In this document: positions 1-12,510 of the stretch, in pieces
Layout: each line of letters begins with the position of its first letter
How positions within the stretch are numbered: position 1 is the stretch's first letter
DNA from: Lophium mytilinum
Lineage: Eukaryota
Direction: 5' to 3'
NCBI GenBank assembly: GCA_010093605.1
Contig: MU004181.1
Location: forward strand, 434,001-498,000
Length of the DNA stretch: 64,000 bases
Notes under the pieces: model-generated
What the model was told of the DNA's origin: nothing
Seen by the model: only the letters and a program-made list of their open reading frames with translations
Database searches by the model: none
Position numbers and translations under genes: made by a program

Positions 1-1129
1 CGCACAATGACGCCAATAGGGCTTCCGGATACGAGCCATCCTACGAACGCAGTAGTGGCCACGTCTACAGCTCTGTGCTAGGAGGATGTGAGGATGCTCT
101 AGCCCAGCGCGTGCGAAGCGGGCGTCCGTCACTGAAAATGTTCACGAGAAGCGCAGGATAGTGCCCCCTGCTTATTGCAGCGTCTGCATGATGGGAGCAA
201 ATGCATCTCCCTAGTCTCTCGTCAGAGCGTGCGCGTCGAAGTAACTCGCAATATGAAGCCCACGGCGGCTGGCACCGCCAGCTCCAAACCAAGGACGACA
301 GCAGAGACAGCAGCTCCCATGCGCCGATTCCATGACCGACTCTACGGAACTGTGCCTACTTGCATCTTCGACAGGCTTCTTCTTGCACCCAGCAGACTCG
401 ACACGTCTCTCCAATGCCGGCGAAGAGATCGCTGGCGCTACCGTCTTCTGCCGCGGTTCGCAAAGTCAAAACCTCTCCCATTGCTCATCAGATCTCTGTT
501 CCAGGCGAAAATCATCATTCAGAAGGGCGCGCCATTATGCTAGCTGCCAGCAGCAATCCTCAAGCCAGACTCCAGCGCGACGACCCCGCCGGCGACCAGC
601 TTTACCCTCCGCTCGTTCCGTGCTCCTTCCCGTGCACCACATCCAACCACCGCTCGCCCCTTGGCCTCAGCGCTACGATCCCCCAGCACGCGCAATCGAC
701 GGTGGTCTAAGTCAAGGGCAGCATCGGAGAGGTCCCTCTCGGCAGCTCCGATGAAGAGAACATCGAGCTCAAGAAGCTCGTCGGCGGAGCGGTACTGTCG
801 CCCGACTCCTATCTAAGAAACTTTTGTCGCCAATTGCTAACTGTCAACAGGTCGCCAATGAGTTCCTCGGAAAGTAAACCTTCGCCACTTCCTCGACTCT
901 TCGATCGCTTCATACCGCGCGCGCCCATTGGGCCCGACTCCGCTGCTGCCGCCGACATTTCCAACTCCTACCGTAACACCGCGCGTCCAGGCGTTTGCCC
1001 TCACCTACAACCCAATGGCTTTACTACGCTTGCCTCAGTAGCTTACACGAAGTGAGGTCTACCTAGACCGCCGTCCAATAGCTACAGGCCTTCGCCGTCA
1101 AGAAGAGCTCCGCAACCCCGCCGTCAACG

Positions 1130-2050
1130 CAACTCCTCTCCGCCCGCCTCACGAAGACCAGTACCATCACAGGCTTTCAGACCAGATGAATCGTCTTCGT
1201 CAAAGAAGCCGCCACAGTCGCGCTTGCAAAGAATGGGTCGCTGCTTGTCAAAGGGCACCGATGAGAGCCTCACTATCCGACGACCAACGCAAACCGCCTC
1301 CTCGCACACAAGGCGAACATTGGTATCACCGTAAGCATCTAAACGCATACCACGGCGTCGTGGAAGAAGCTCCTGCCGTGTCGCTCGCAAAGAACGGGCC
1401 GCTCCTCATCAAAGGCTGCCGACTCATCAAAGGCTCACCAACAGCCCAAAACCGTCGACGAGAGCTTCACCATGCAATCGCCACCGCAAAATTCCTTTCC
1501 GCACGGCTCGCGCAGACCGGTACCATCACCAGCCTTCAACCGCGTAACTGGCCTTCGTTGAAGAAAAGGCTGCCCTCACGCTGATGAAGAGCGGGCAACG
1601 CAAAAGTCTTCTCCGCGCGCCTCACGAACGTGGGTACCACCCTGGGCGTCTAAACCGCGTACCTCGTGCCTTGTAGAGGGCAGTAGTCTACCGGAGCGCC
1701 CAAAAAAGAACCGTCCGGTTCTTATCAAGGCCCCTAGCTCCCGGGAAGGTTTACCGCAATGAGGACCTCCAGTATGTCCCCAAGGATGCCACAGGAACCC
1801 GCCGCTCGGTCCTGATCCTCGGTGTTCCACGCCAAGTTCGCCTCTATCAGCTCCTCCGACTCGCCACCACCGGCGAACTTATCTCTACCCGCCTCGCGAA
1901 GACCGGCATCATCGCCGGCTTCGAAATTGCCTACCTGGTGTTCGCCAAAGAAGCCGCTGCCGTTGAGATCGCACAGAACGGGCCGCTCGTCATCGAGAGC
2001 TGCCCGTCATCGAGGGCCGCCGTCTCGCCGTCAGCCTGCTCAACAGCCCC
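1130..2050 (+). repeat. Degenerate coding-like internal repeat (3-4 copies), probably a decayed gene
   Basis: LS(A/T)RL(A/T)(K/Q)T(G/S)(T/I)I recurs at ~1135, ~1495 and ~1880; (E/K)EA.AV.(L/I)A(K/Q)NG(P/S)L recurs at ~1200, ~1360 and ~1945. Reading frames are broken by stops and shifts. Confidence 0.55.
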
Positions 2051-2409
2051 ACCTGGCGCATGAGTAGGGAGTTGCAAGACGGAGTCGAGACCAAGGGGTG
2101 GACGCGGTGCGTCCGCATTGCGGAAGCCGCGGCTGATATCGAACCCGCAGATCTGGAGCACCACCTGAGGGTGCCGACAGGCGAGTGGCAAATGGATCCG
2201 GCGCTACGGTATTGGAATTCGGGTGGGGATCCTACTGCCGATGATCAGGATGGAGACGTCGACGAGTATGGGGTGAGTGGGAATGAGACTGGTGAGGAGG
2301 ATCACATGGTTGCGGGTGGGCGCTGTCTGGGGGCCGGCGCATGAAGTTCCAGAAACGGGTGGTGACGAATTGGATTGGCGCTGCATTTGAGGAGGCTCGC
2401 CTTCGTGAG

Positions 2410-2830
2410 CTCGATTTTTATACTCATCACGTCAAGACACCTCAAACGGTACGAAGGCGTGATCAAGATCGCAATTATAATCTGCGGGTTCAGATGATGA
2501 TAGCAATGTTGGGTGTTCATTCCATCCACATTGTAGAGCTATCTTTCGATACTTAATTCTCGTTTGGTCAACCTATCAAAAAACCTCATACAGTACGAAT
2601 GCGATATCAAGATCTCAACCATGCCGTGCAGATTCAGATGATAGTGCTTTCAGCTTTAAATTCCAATCAGGTCCATAGGGCTGGTTTCTGACATCCAATC
2701 TTTATCTTTTCCAGCACGTCGAGAGACTTCAGACGGCGCAATTGCAATATCAATAGCTCAACCACTAAATGCAGATTCACACAGAGCATTCGGCTTTTCA
2801 TTCCAATAACTTCCACCGAGCTTCTACGCA
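2410..2830 (-). repeat. Degenerate tandem array, ~143-bp period, 3 units
   Basis: GACACCTCAAACGGTAC (2436), AAAACCTCATACAGTAC (2580) and GAGACTTCAGACGGCGC (2723), each followed by ATCAA..GC(G/A)G(G/A)TTCA..TTCCA blocks. Confidence 0.75.
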
Positions 2831-3068
2831 AGCACTACCATAACTCCCAATTCCCGCCTAGCCGCCCACGTTAATCTCTGCCGTTTTTCGCACGCCTATA
2901 AAACAATTAGCTACTAAATCCTACAGTTGAAACAGAATAGGATATTCTTACTGCGTAGGAGAATCAAGCCAGCCCCGCCCCCTAAGCACCCGATGTAGTC
3001 ACTCCGTCTAGACGGTCCACAAGTCAGCGGTTCATTCTTCTCCCAGTGATATCAGGAAGCACATACCT

Positions 3069-3290
3069 TCACATCTCCTGCAACTCCACCTCCTCCCCCT
3101 CGCCCTCTGCAGCCTCTTCTTCCACCCCCCGCCGACCCAGGTTCCGCCACATCTCCCTCACAAACGCGAAAAACGCCGCGAACGCCTCCGGACCGAGCCA
3201 AAGGTACAAAACGGCCACAGCGGCCAGCACGCAGACGACGACGACGCCCTGCACTATGAGGACGACTTGTAGGATGTCGGACCAAGACAT
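3069..3290 (-). CDS. Small orphan membrane protein (73 aa, MSWSDILQVVLIVQGVVVVCVLAAVAVLYLWLG...)
   Basis: ATG in CCAAAATG context after a C/A-rich leader; hydrophobic N-terminal segment; acidic tail. Confidence 0.65.
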   Translation of the reverse strand: MSWSDILQVVLIVQGVVVVCVLAAVAVLYLWLGPEAFAAFFAFVREMWRNLGRRGVEEEAAEGEGEEVELQEM

Positions 3291-3821
3291 TTTGGTTTGA
3301 TGGTTTAGATTGTGGTATGTGTGGATGTTGAGGATGAGAGGGCTGATTTGCAAACGAGGGCAGGCGGACGATTTTATGGGGTGGTGTTGGGGTGCTACCT
3401 TCACTATTTTGACTTCACTTTGGATTGTGCGCCACTTCGCCAAAGACATGGTGGGAGGGTGAAGATCAGGGTGGTAGTGGAGGGGCTTTGCGCACCGGGT
3501 CCTGGCCTCGAAGTCTTTTGCACCCCTTGATCATGTTGATGGGCAAGAGCCTACACATCAGAGGTCAAGTCCTGTACTGATGGGACTATGATGGCATTGT
3601 GTGAAGTGGCCTGATTGACTTCTACTTTACGAAATGGATGGGAACAGCGGCAGAACTTCAATTGAAAGGGTAGCACAGCAGGCCAAACCCGGATACCAAA
3701 CTCGGATACCAAATTTGCGTGCTGCAGACCCACTCTTACTCTCACCAGTCTCCACTACTTCTTCATCCGTCATGATGTATCCTACAAGCGAACCCGATCA
3801 GCTATACCAGGATATCAACAG

Positions 3822-4661
3822 TCATGTCGCAGTGTCCAGCCAACCGACTATCCTCCATCCTCGGCCAGGGCAGATGCATGTGCCTCCGCAACGGGCATAT
3901 TCTCCTGGCGGTGGGAAGATCAGAAGTTCTGAACATGCTCTCCTTCTACGCCTTCCTGGTTCCCTTGACCTGGAAAGCTTGCCAGATGTTCTTGTGCTTC
4001 TCGAGTGTCTTACTTCCGCCAACGTTGCTGGCCATGCAACGGCTACCTCGCCCGCAGGGTCGAACGCAGTGGCATAGACTCGACAGGTGATAGTACACTC
4101 ATATCTGCCATTCGGCTTGCCCAGTTTGATGAAGCGCTGAGCGGTCCTGCCATCCGTCCCCTTCTGCCATGCATCATGACCAGTGCGAAACAGCTTTGCG
4201 GGTGCGAGAGGGCAGTCTTCATGCGTAGGACGCGGAGGCAGCTGAGGCGACCCCATGCGTGCTCTCTTCCTCGGGCGTGAAGACTTCGTTTCAGCGGTCT
4301 CCATCTGCTTTGCTGTAGGCTTGGAGGTCGAGTCCTGTTGCGAGTGACTTGACGTCGCGTTGTCCGACGGTGTGGGGCTGTTGTGTACGTGGTGTGGTGA
4401 GCGGCGCTCCCGTAGCCGCTGGCTCACCTCCACGGTCCGTTTCGCTGGCATTTCTAAACTCTGAGCCGACGGCGCAGGACAGAGGATCTGTTGTAGTACA
4501 CTGGGTGGCGGGCTGCTCTCCTCGCTGGGGAGGCGGAGGGTCTCGAAGGGGTTGGTACCTTGGCTGGTAGGGCGGAAGGCGGAGAAGCTGAGGTGGAGGG
4601 AGTTGAAAGACCACTCAGAAGACGTGTTGCCGGAGCGGTGGGAGTTGTTCGGGTCGGCCAT
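3822..4661 (-). CDS. Hypothetical Ser/Pro-rich protein with basic RPRKRAR motif
   Basis: Long open frame (340 codons from the TTG at 4844; first likely ATG is MADPNN at 4661). No recognisable domain. Confidence 0.35.
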   Translation of the reverse strand: MADPNNSHRSGNTSSEWSFNSLHLSFSAFRPTSQGTNPFETLRLPSEESSPPPSVLQQILCPAPSAQSLEMPAKRTVEVSQRLRERRSPHHVHNSPTPSDNATSSHSQQDSTSKPTAKQMETAETKSSRPRKRARMGSPQLPPRPTHEDCPLAPAKLFRTGHDAWQKGTDGRTAQRFIKLGKPNGRYECTITCRVYATAFDPAGEVAVAWPATLAEVRHSRSTRTSGKLSRSREPGRRRRRACSELLIFPPPGEYARCGGTCICPGRGWRIVGWLDTAT

Positions 4662-7600
4662 GGCGCATGCGTGCGTCGAGAGGTTGGCAAGATAACGATT
4701 GACGGTGCGGTCGGGTTGAGAGTCTCGCAGCGGTAGGAGCTCGTTGTATGCGTTCAGCGAGGGAACATTCCTCGGTGGGAAGGGGTTGTGATCGATTGAG
4801 CAGGGGGCGGAAATAGTCTCTGCTGGCTGGTCGCGCTCCGACAAGAAAGAGAGAAGGGGAAAATGAGAGATGAACGCGTTCAGTCGTTGCTCGAAGTTGA
4901 TCGCCTGGTAGCTCGGGCAATGTCCACGGCCTCAAGGACGCGTACTTGTTGTTCAGTGCAAACTATCAGGTGCTAGCTAGCTTGCATCAGCTGAATAGAC
5001 CCCGTTGAGAGAGTTGTTCCTGGAGTGTGGAGGTTTGAAGACGCGATGCTGAGGGACTCATTTTGAAGGTCCGGATTGAAGGATGCGTCCGGCGCGGTTT
5101 TGCTGGCCTCGGCTGATATCTTGATCCGACCAAAGGTGGAGCGCGAGGGCCCAGGAACGTGAAACAATTCTCGACGAGCATACCACCAGAGCGATGGAAA
5201 GCATCCCTATGCTTGAGGGGATCGGCAACGGCGGCGGGCAACGAGGACTCGGGGAAGGCAGCGAGCGGAACCAGACCGAATGCAAAAGTCTCAGCCATAG
5301 CCCTAGCTAGACGAGAAGAATAAAACACTTGCAAATCATGCATTGATGAGGGGCGGCGCGTCCAAGGACAATGAGTGCGGTCGCAATCTGACGGAGATGT
5401 ATCCGGCGACCCGTGCGTAAAGAGGAGGAGGCGGAAAAACATGGAATAGAACAAGGTAGCTGGCAGCAAATGTGGACAGCGCCCAGAGGCAATACCTGAT
5501 CAGTTGAAAGACCCTGTGATCAAGCTGCGTGCATCGAGTGGGCAAAAAGATGAGGCAGCTCGCGCAGCTCAGTACCTCCACCCACCGAAAGAGCAGACGA
5601 ATCATCTCTTCACCACCCATAATAATATAAAATGCCCCAACTACCAATCAAAAGAGGACGCTAGAGCTCTTTAGAGCTCGTAGAAACACCAAAAGACGTC
5701 AATAGGGCGTGGTGGGGCCAAAGAGCAAAAAAAGTGCAAAACTTAACTTCGACATGTTAAGAAACCCCCCGGACGGGATTTTTTGGTGCGGGGCTCGAAC
5801 CTCTGAGCTTGATGTTAGCGCTGTTCCGAAAGAAGATAAAGGCAAACGATAAACGACAAGAGCAACTATATACACTGAACCACTATGCCAAGTGCCAGTC
5901 CCTTTAAAGGTGAGGGGACCTCCAAATGTTATGTCTATATACCCCAAGTCATGGAAGTACGCTAACCCTGTACTCACCACACGTCCTTCGGGGACCGCCA
6001 CCACCCCGACACGCAAGCTCTCCCACGCAGCCCTCTCCGAAGCTTCCGACCCGGCTTGCCCTCCCGCGCCCCTCCCGCGCCCCTTCCCGAGCCCGTCTCC
6101 GCAAGTCACTGACGCCGAGTCTATTAGCCTCTTATGATGCCTGTTCTCCCGCAATCACGCCTCCTTCACGCGTAATGGTATTTGTTCATCATCACCTCGG
6201 TATTCCGCACTCTGCGGCAGCATTACTATGTCGGTCTCGCATTCGCTTTGCAGTTCTCCTCCCGTCCGCCACAGCAGGTTCGATCTCTACCTATACTTTG
6301 TCTTTCTCACGAACACATCCTCCATTAGGTGCGAACTGTCGAACACAGCCTTCGAAAGTTTCGGGTGCTACAGCCTCTCGTCTGCTTCAGTCGCTTTCGA
6401 CTTCATACCTCTACGCTGTGTGACGTGCAGCCTCCGCCATCCCCATGTCGGCGACGCAGACGACTAATAACTCATAAAAGCAGATACCATAGTATTGATA
6501 GTTTCCAGGAGGTAAGTCGCATTCGGCAAAAGAACCATCTTGGGGAATTGATTTGGTGGGCCCAGTAAGCTTGCAAGCTTACTCCGAGCGCGCGACGTTA
6601 CGTCCGCTGAAATTCGGTCACGAGTGGCCGGCTCCGGTGTTGAGATCCTTTGTCTCGTCGCGTCGCACATGTGGACACCATCGTATCAAAGACAAAGGCA
6701 TTCAGAAGTTGACGATCGCTCCTAGTGACCCCTATAGCCACGGCAGCGGCTTCAAGTCCTCGACACCGATCCCACTTCCTCCTCTCTTCCCACGAACATC
6801 AACCCCTCTGGCATAGCCTTCTTTGTTCTCCTGGTCAAGAATACTCTTTTGATACCATACAATCACGCCCGTGGCGCTCACAGAACTCCGAACCGCTACA
6901 CAGCTCGCTTTCCTTCTCCCTTCCTTTTTCAACACCACCACCCTCCTTCCACCACCCTGTTTTCTTCGCAGGCCTTTTGTTGGGAGAACTGTGGTTTAGT
7001 CCTGCCGATCTGCCCGTTTGACCACTCTCTACGGAGCGGCTGAATCGCTGCGTTTCTCCGACAAGGGACTGAGTTCTCCTCTCCAAACGACACCCGATCG
7101 CCCACCAGAGGGTCTTCTGAAGCCAAGATTGGTTGATACACTATAACCTCCGATCGCACGCAGCACCAGGATTGCAGGCCATGGTCAGCCCACTGTGGTT
7201 GGACTGCAGCTGGCATTCGAAGACTTTTTCGGGGGAATCTTGGTACAAATTACCGATGTCAGCAGAAGTCAAGTCGGTGGATACTAGGCCATACCTTACA
7301 CCCCACTCATTCGGCGATTAGCTCGGAAATAAAGGCGTCAGACCAAGGCCCTCGACGAGCCGTCGCGGAAAGGTATGGCCGCTGTCGTCAACTCCGACGA
7401 GCCCATCCTGGCGGACAATTGATATCGCGGAGAACTACACTCTGGGACACGCAGCTGTGGGACATACCGTTGTAGAGACGAGTTGCATGGAACGGAGCGT
7501 AGCCAGCGATACTGGCTTCGACAGACGGCCTAGCGATAGCTTCACGGATGAGAACGACTCGTGCGCAAGCTGCAACTTTCTCTTCCCAAAGAGCGTCTGC

Positions 7601-8559
7601 CTACTGTATCCCGAATAGGGCCTTGACTGTCTCTTGAGAGGAAGAGAGATGTCCGAGCATCATGCTGCTGTGTGACCCGACCAGGCAGTATTCGCGCGTG
7701 GCCAGGCTACGTCTCAGCCCGATGACTACGGCAGCTTTCTAGATTCGTCTTACGCCAGGGCACTTGATATGAACGACGGCCTCGAGTTCTTGCTTGCAAA
7801 TCTCTCCCCCTTCTTCCCTGCGAATATGCCTTGCGACTCTTACGCCTGTGTTTCAGCGTATCTGACAATGCACCGACCGCTCTTCTCTCCTGAGACGGTC
7901 ATGTATCCAAAGTTTGACTCGGCGTCAGTCCGAAGTTTTCTCGCGCAATGTCCTTGATCACGGGCCTCGGAGCTAATATAGAACTAGAGACGACTGTCTG
8001 GGACTTGCGGTCTTGGCCGGAGAGCCTGTCATTCGAAGCACGAAAGACGTTCGCCATATAATCGAGGAACCGTGATCATCTGCAAATGCAAGATACCAGG
8101 GTTTGTGGGACGATGTGTTGTCAGAGCTTCGAAAACTCGACTGCGTCAGTAGACACTCGTTGATACGCCGCTCTCGGCGCAACCGTGTGTTGGGGAAGCT
8201 GCCTAGTGAATGATCAGGGCGAATGTTTTTAGCTGACCGCTTCCACCGCAAGCACCTTTCCGGTAGACGAGCTGCGGAAGTCAGGGCTTTCACGTGCGAG
8301 AATCCGATGTGTGATGGTCGGGGGTCTAAGAGAGCCAAAGGAAAGTGCTAAAGAGGGATACGAAAGGCGCGCTGGATAGTCTGGTGTGTGGGGTGAGCCC
8401 ACGAATGGCGGCTCGGACGATTCGTCCATGGCGTTAGGTATTTCTCTAACTGGTCGAAGGAGGGTTTGCTAGCGCTCTTCTGCCTTTCATCTCCTCATCT
8501 TCGAGCTTCGTCTTCGGCTTCACACTGTTCATCATGATATGTAACGATACCACTGCTTG

Positions 8560-8690
8560 GGTTGGCCCCATGTGGTTTCATGGAGCGAGTCAAAGTGTCA
8601 GTATCAACCACTTTTCTCAAAGCCTTATACCTGCATTGAGCCACTCCAGACGCCTGCCTCACATAGTCAAACAGCCGGTAATCACTAAAC
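8560..8690 (-). repeat. Inverted single copy of the 9.5-10.1 kb repeat unit
   Basis: The reverse complement reads CTGTTTGACTATGTGAGGCAGGCGTCTGGAGTGGCTCAATGC, matching the units at 9722 and 9884. Confidence 0.8.
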
Positions 8691-8766
8691 AAATGTAAGC
8701 TTGCAGAGTGTACATCATGTCATTCGTTTCCAAACCCTCTTCTCCGTCTACGGGAGCCAGCCCTCT

Positions 8767-9270
8767 CTACCAATAACCCACCCCACCCCTCCTCACCGGA
8801 TCTCCCCTCCACCTATAGTGCCTATTATCCGGCCAATGCACCCTAATCGGGTCCTCTCTCTCCTTCATCCACCGCGCGTGCGCCTCCTCCCTCGCTTTCG
8901 CCTCAATCTCGGCCTCCTATGGTACAAAAGTCAGCATGTCTCACATAAACACTATAATCGAGGAAGATTAGGCGAAACGTACCTTCATCCTCTGCTTCTT
9001 CTCCATGACCAACTTATCTACGGCATACTCCCGGGCCTCCGCGTTGGTGCGGTCGTGCTCCTCGTCGTCCGACGGCGTGAAGGCCGCACCACGCACGCCG
9101 AAGCTGGTGCCGAGCGCGTACGCGATGGTGTGGCGGGTGGCGGCGGGCTCGGGGTGGTGGAGGAGGCGGCGGACGGCACGAGGCGCGGTGGAGAGGGCGG
9201 GGCCGGCAGACGGGGCAGCGGGGCCAGCAGCAGCAGCGGTGTTGGTGGTGTTGGTGGTGTTTTGGGCCAT
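8767..9270 (-). CDS. Small orphan protein, 2 exons (9270-8983, 8916-8767); paralog of 20472-21029
   Basis: GTACGT..GCTGAC..ATAG phase-0 intron. Shares RLL..P, AYA.G, DRTNAE.R..A and I..HWP.NR with the 20.5-kb gene. Confidence 0.8.
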
Positions 9271-9529
9271 TTTGGCGGTGTTCTTGGTGGTTTTGAGAGG
9301 TTTGGTGGCGATGTTGGTGATGGTGCTTGCTGGTGGGCTATGGGGCGGCGAGGAAGAGTTTCGAGGTGGGCAGATTCGGGTGAAGGTGGATCATGTGACT
9401 GAAGCTGAATGTTCGGGTGAAGATGCATTGGCTATAACGCAGGGCTCAGTGCAGGCGTAAAGCTTTGGGAAAGGTAAATGAGGCTGGGATGAATGAGACG
9501 CTGTACACTCCGTAAACCGCGATCATGGT

Positions 9530-10140
9530 GTACTAACTGACTGTTTGGCAATCTGATACCGGCGTCTGGAGTGTCCTGATGCGGACATGTTTCCGCAAGA
9601 AAAGTAGATGTACGCGAGCTGCGATTTCGAAATGGAGCTCGAGTCGTAACAAACTGAGAAGCTCTACACTCTGTATTTCTAGATCATGGAGTAATGACTT
9701 GTCATTTGGCGATGTGATGCCGGCGTCTGGAGTGGCTCAATGCGGACATAACTCTATAAGAAAGGGAAGTATAGGCGACTTACGATCTCGAGATAGAGCT
9801 TGGGGCGTGAACCAAACTAGATACTCTTCGCCCTGTGTACCGCTATCTTAGTATAATAGAAGACTGTTTGACAATGGAGTGCCAGCGTCTGGAGTAGCTT
9901 AGTGCGTACACAAGTCCATAGGAGAAATAGAGGTAGGCGAGCTGCGATTTTGAGATGGAGCTCTGATTGAAACAAAATAAGACGCTCTTTGCTCCATAAC
10001 CCGATATAATCATTCAGTAACCAGCTGTTTGACAATGTGATCCCGGCATCTGGAGTGTCTCAAGGCGAACATGGTTTCGAGAGAAAAGAGGACGAAGAGG
10101 AGCTGAGATTTGGGACGGATCTTCAATCGTATCATATGGC
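9530..10140 (+). repeat. Degenerate tandem array, ~161-bp period, 4 units
   Basis: (G/A)GC(G/A)TCTGGAGT at 9561, 9722, 9884 and 10045; CTGTTTG(A/G)CAAT precedes three of the four and GAGCTG(C/A)GATTT-like blocks follow. Confidence 0.85.
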
Positions 10141-11103
10141 GCGTTGTTGCAAACATCCGTAGCCCTTCTTGCCATCGTCTGGGGGTCTCCCGTGTAACGA
10201 TAGAAAATTGGCTAAGAGAACGCACTCGCCATCTGTGTACACCAAGCTGACGCTGTCCGAGGTGGCCTCCCGATTTTGCGAGCCTTCCAAAACGCCGAAT
10301 AACTCCCTCAGTGGTCTATTACCGCTTCAGAAAATGCAATTCTCGGGCTCAAGGCACTCCGCGCTCCGGATCGTGGAGTCCAGACTCAACAAATTGGATT
10401 TGATGGGAGTAGCTGCCGTCGTGGGGAGCAGGGGGTGAGGGGTTGAGGGGGCCTCATTGGCCTGAACATTATGCGAAAGGGGCGCATTTCGCTCAACGAT
10501 TTCAAGCCCCTGCAGCAGATCAATAGCCGGACGGCGCGATTTGGCTACTGCCGTGATGATTTCGAGAAGCATAGAGACCAGATCAGGTGAGAATAAATAA
10601 GTGTACGCAGGTACATTTACGACACATTGTGAAATTGAGCATAGATCATTTACACCTTGATGAACTCCTTTTGCCCAATGTGAGCTGACCCGCTCTCAAC
10701 GGCGGTATCAAGCAAGCAACAGTATAGCAAGATCACTGAGATATCCGGGTGCTCCTACGATGCTCGACTCCGTTACTGTCTTCAATCAGGCAGGCGCAGT
10801 ATGGGGCTTGAGATTCAAGTTACGCCGCCGATCGGTGTGGAGTGTTTTGGAAAAGTGACATTCGATTGTGATGTGATTACAAGTCTATTTTGCAGCAACA
10901 GCAACGTCTAACGATACACAGGTCCGACTAGGCATCTCCAGCTTCGAAACAATGCTGAGCATCAATCCCGTCACCGCTTAGTCGAAAGGCTGCCTGAGGA
11001 GCGCAGTTAGTATCTGGCCTTCACGAGATGCTTCCTGAAGTCAAACCTTGGTCGTCTTGGTCATCCATGCACTTTTCCGCGGTGACCGCATTGAGCAACT
11101 AGA

Positions 11104-11348
11104 GAGCATGGTAGATCCATTCTTGAGCTGCAGGCCATACTGAGGAAGGTAGATGCCGTCGTGCATGCCCAACACATTTAGGTACATCCGCCCTTGTCTC
11201 GGATGTTGGGATCAGCGCCTCGAGCAAGCAAGCCGGCAACAAGTCGAGTAAAGCCAAGACCCGCAGCCAAGGGGAGCATGGTGGATCCATTCTTACGTTG
11301 TAGGTGATACTGAGGGAGGTAGATGCCATCGTGCATATCCGACACATT
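11104..11348. repeat. 75-bp direct repeat, 170 bp apart
   Basis: GAGCATGGT(A/G)GATCCATTCTT...GGTAGATGCC(G/A)TCGTGCAT...ACACATT at 11104 and 11274; the minus frame reads MHDGIYLPQY.LQ.KNGSTML twice. Confidence 0.85.
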
Positions 11349-12309
11349 GAGGATTTCTACGAACGACTCCCCGGTGGCCGCCTTGTCCGCTGGAGCAGCT
11401 TGTCGGTGTTGACGTCCAGACTAATAACCATTGTTGGAGTAGCCAACTTGACTCCTCTGGGTTTGGGCAGCTGCTAAGATACTCCTCATTATGTCTTTCT
11501 CTGTGCCTTGTTCATTCGATTGCTGAGCCAAAAGCTGCATAGCCAACTCGGTCAGTCTAGCCAGCTCGTCATCAACGTATGTGAATCTGCCAGTAGATGG
11601 CAGCAGGCGATGGCTTCCCTAGCTCCAAAAGTATTCGCACCTGAATGGCTGCTCTCGTTGGTTCAGTGGCGGACGTTCAGGCGAGTAGGAGCTGGATGAG
11701 GAGGTGGAGTCGGGACGAACTTCGGTTAGAGGGGTGTAGTCGGCAGAGGAGGGGAAGGCAGAAGAGACGGGGCTGCCACGGCTCCTTTTCGCTAGTCCGA
11801 TCATGTTGCTGCTTGTTGTCCGAGGCGTGGCTACAAGGGTAGCTTCTTGATGATGACGGGCGTTTGGCACCATGTTGCGTGAGTCCCCCTTGAAATGCTC
11901 CTTGTGTCTTTTGAGAAAGGTCAGCTGGCTGAAATTGCAAGGATACTGCATGAGATGGGAACAGTACCCAAGCCACCAACGACGAGGTGTATCCGGAAGA
12001 TGTCCTGGCCACTGCGCTGGAGGCAACGCTGGTGAAGCTGGTGTTGCTGTCGCGAGAGGCTCCCTTTGCTCCAAGGCTCTGTCCTGCTGCCGATGAGACC
12101 GTCATCGACCGCAGATATGATGCGTGGGATTCGTCCTTGCGAGCGCATGCTCGAGAAAAAGTTTGTGAAGGAGAGGATGAGAGATGACCGAGCGCTGTGG
12201 AATGGGATGGTGGTGTGAAGGCGGAGGAATTACCGTTGGGGGAGCGAGAGAGGAGTTCCCCAACGAGGAAGACGGCAGCCACCTTACCCACCTTGGCGAT
12301 AGTAGCCTC

Positions 12310-12510
12310 GTAAAGTCCTATGTAATAAGTCTACCTGGGTAGGCACATGGACTCGCTACTGACACCACTGTCGGGAGTAGCCTGGCTGCTGATTAGCCAG
12401 TCAGTCAAAAGGCAGTTCAAACTGAAGTGCTTGAACCTCGACACCGTGCTTGGATCGTCGAAATCCAGTTGGGGTACCCCAAGCAGTGGCGAACCAGTGT
12501 ACCTAGATAT
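12310..12510 (+). repeat. Dispersed ~200-bp hairpin-like element, copy 1
   Basis: GACACCACTGTCGGGAGTAGCCTGGCT...GTCAAAAGGCAGT...GGGGTACCCCAAGCAGTGGCGA matches 63287-63420 (+) and 55643-55850 (-). Confidence 0.85.

Noticed and set aside
5780..5897. tRNA-like A-box (TGGCATAGTGG) and B-box (GGTTCGAGCC) on the minus strand
   Set aside because: The acceptor, anticodon and T stems do not pair, so I cannot call a tRNA; at most a decayed Pol III/SINE-like remnant. tRNAscan-SE would settle it.
5960..5972. CTAACCCT as a possible telomerase RNA template
   Set aside because: Only 8 nt, also fits an intron branch-like motif, and I could not identify a pseudoknot or CR4/5.
6900..8000. Coding-like stretches with stops here and at 13000-14540 and 15700-16400
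   Set aside because: Probably pseudogenes, but I could not assign a family or boundaries.
8701..9460. Long plus-strand ORFs at 8701-9402 and 9005-9460, and similar ones at 23539-24243, 42501-43466 and 44183-44929
   Set aside because: They are antisense shadows of GC3-rich genes on the opposite strand.
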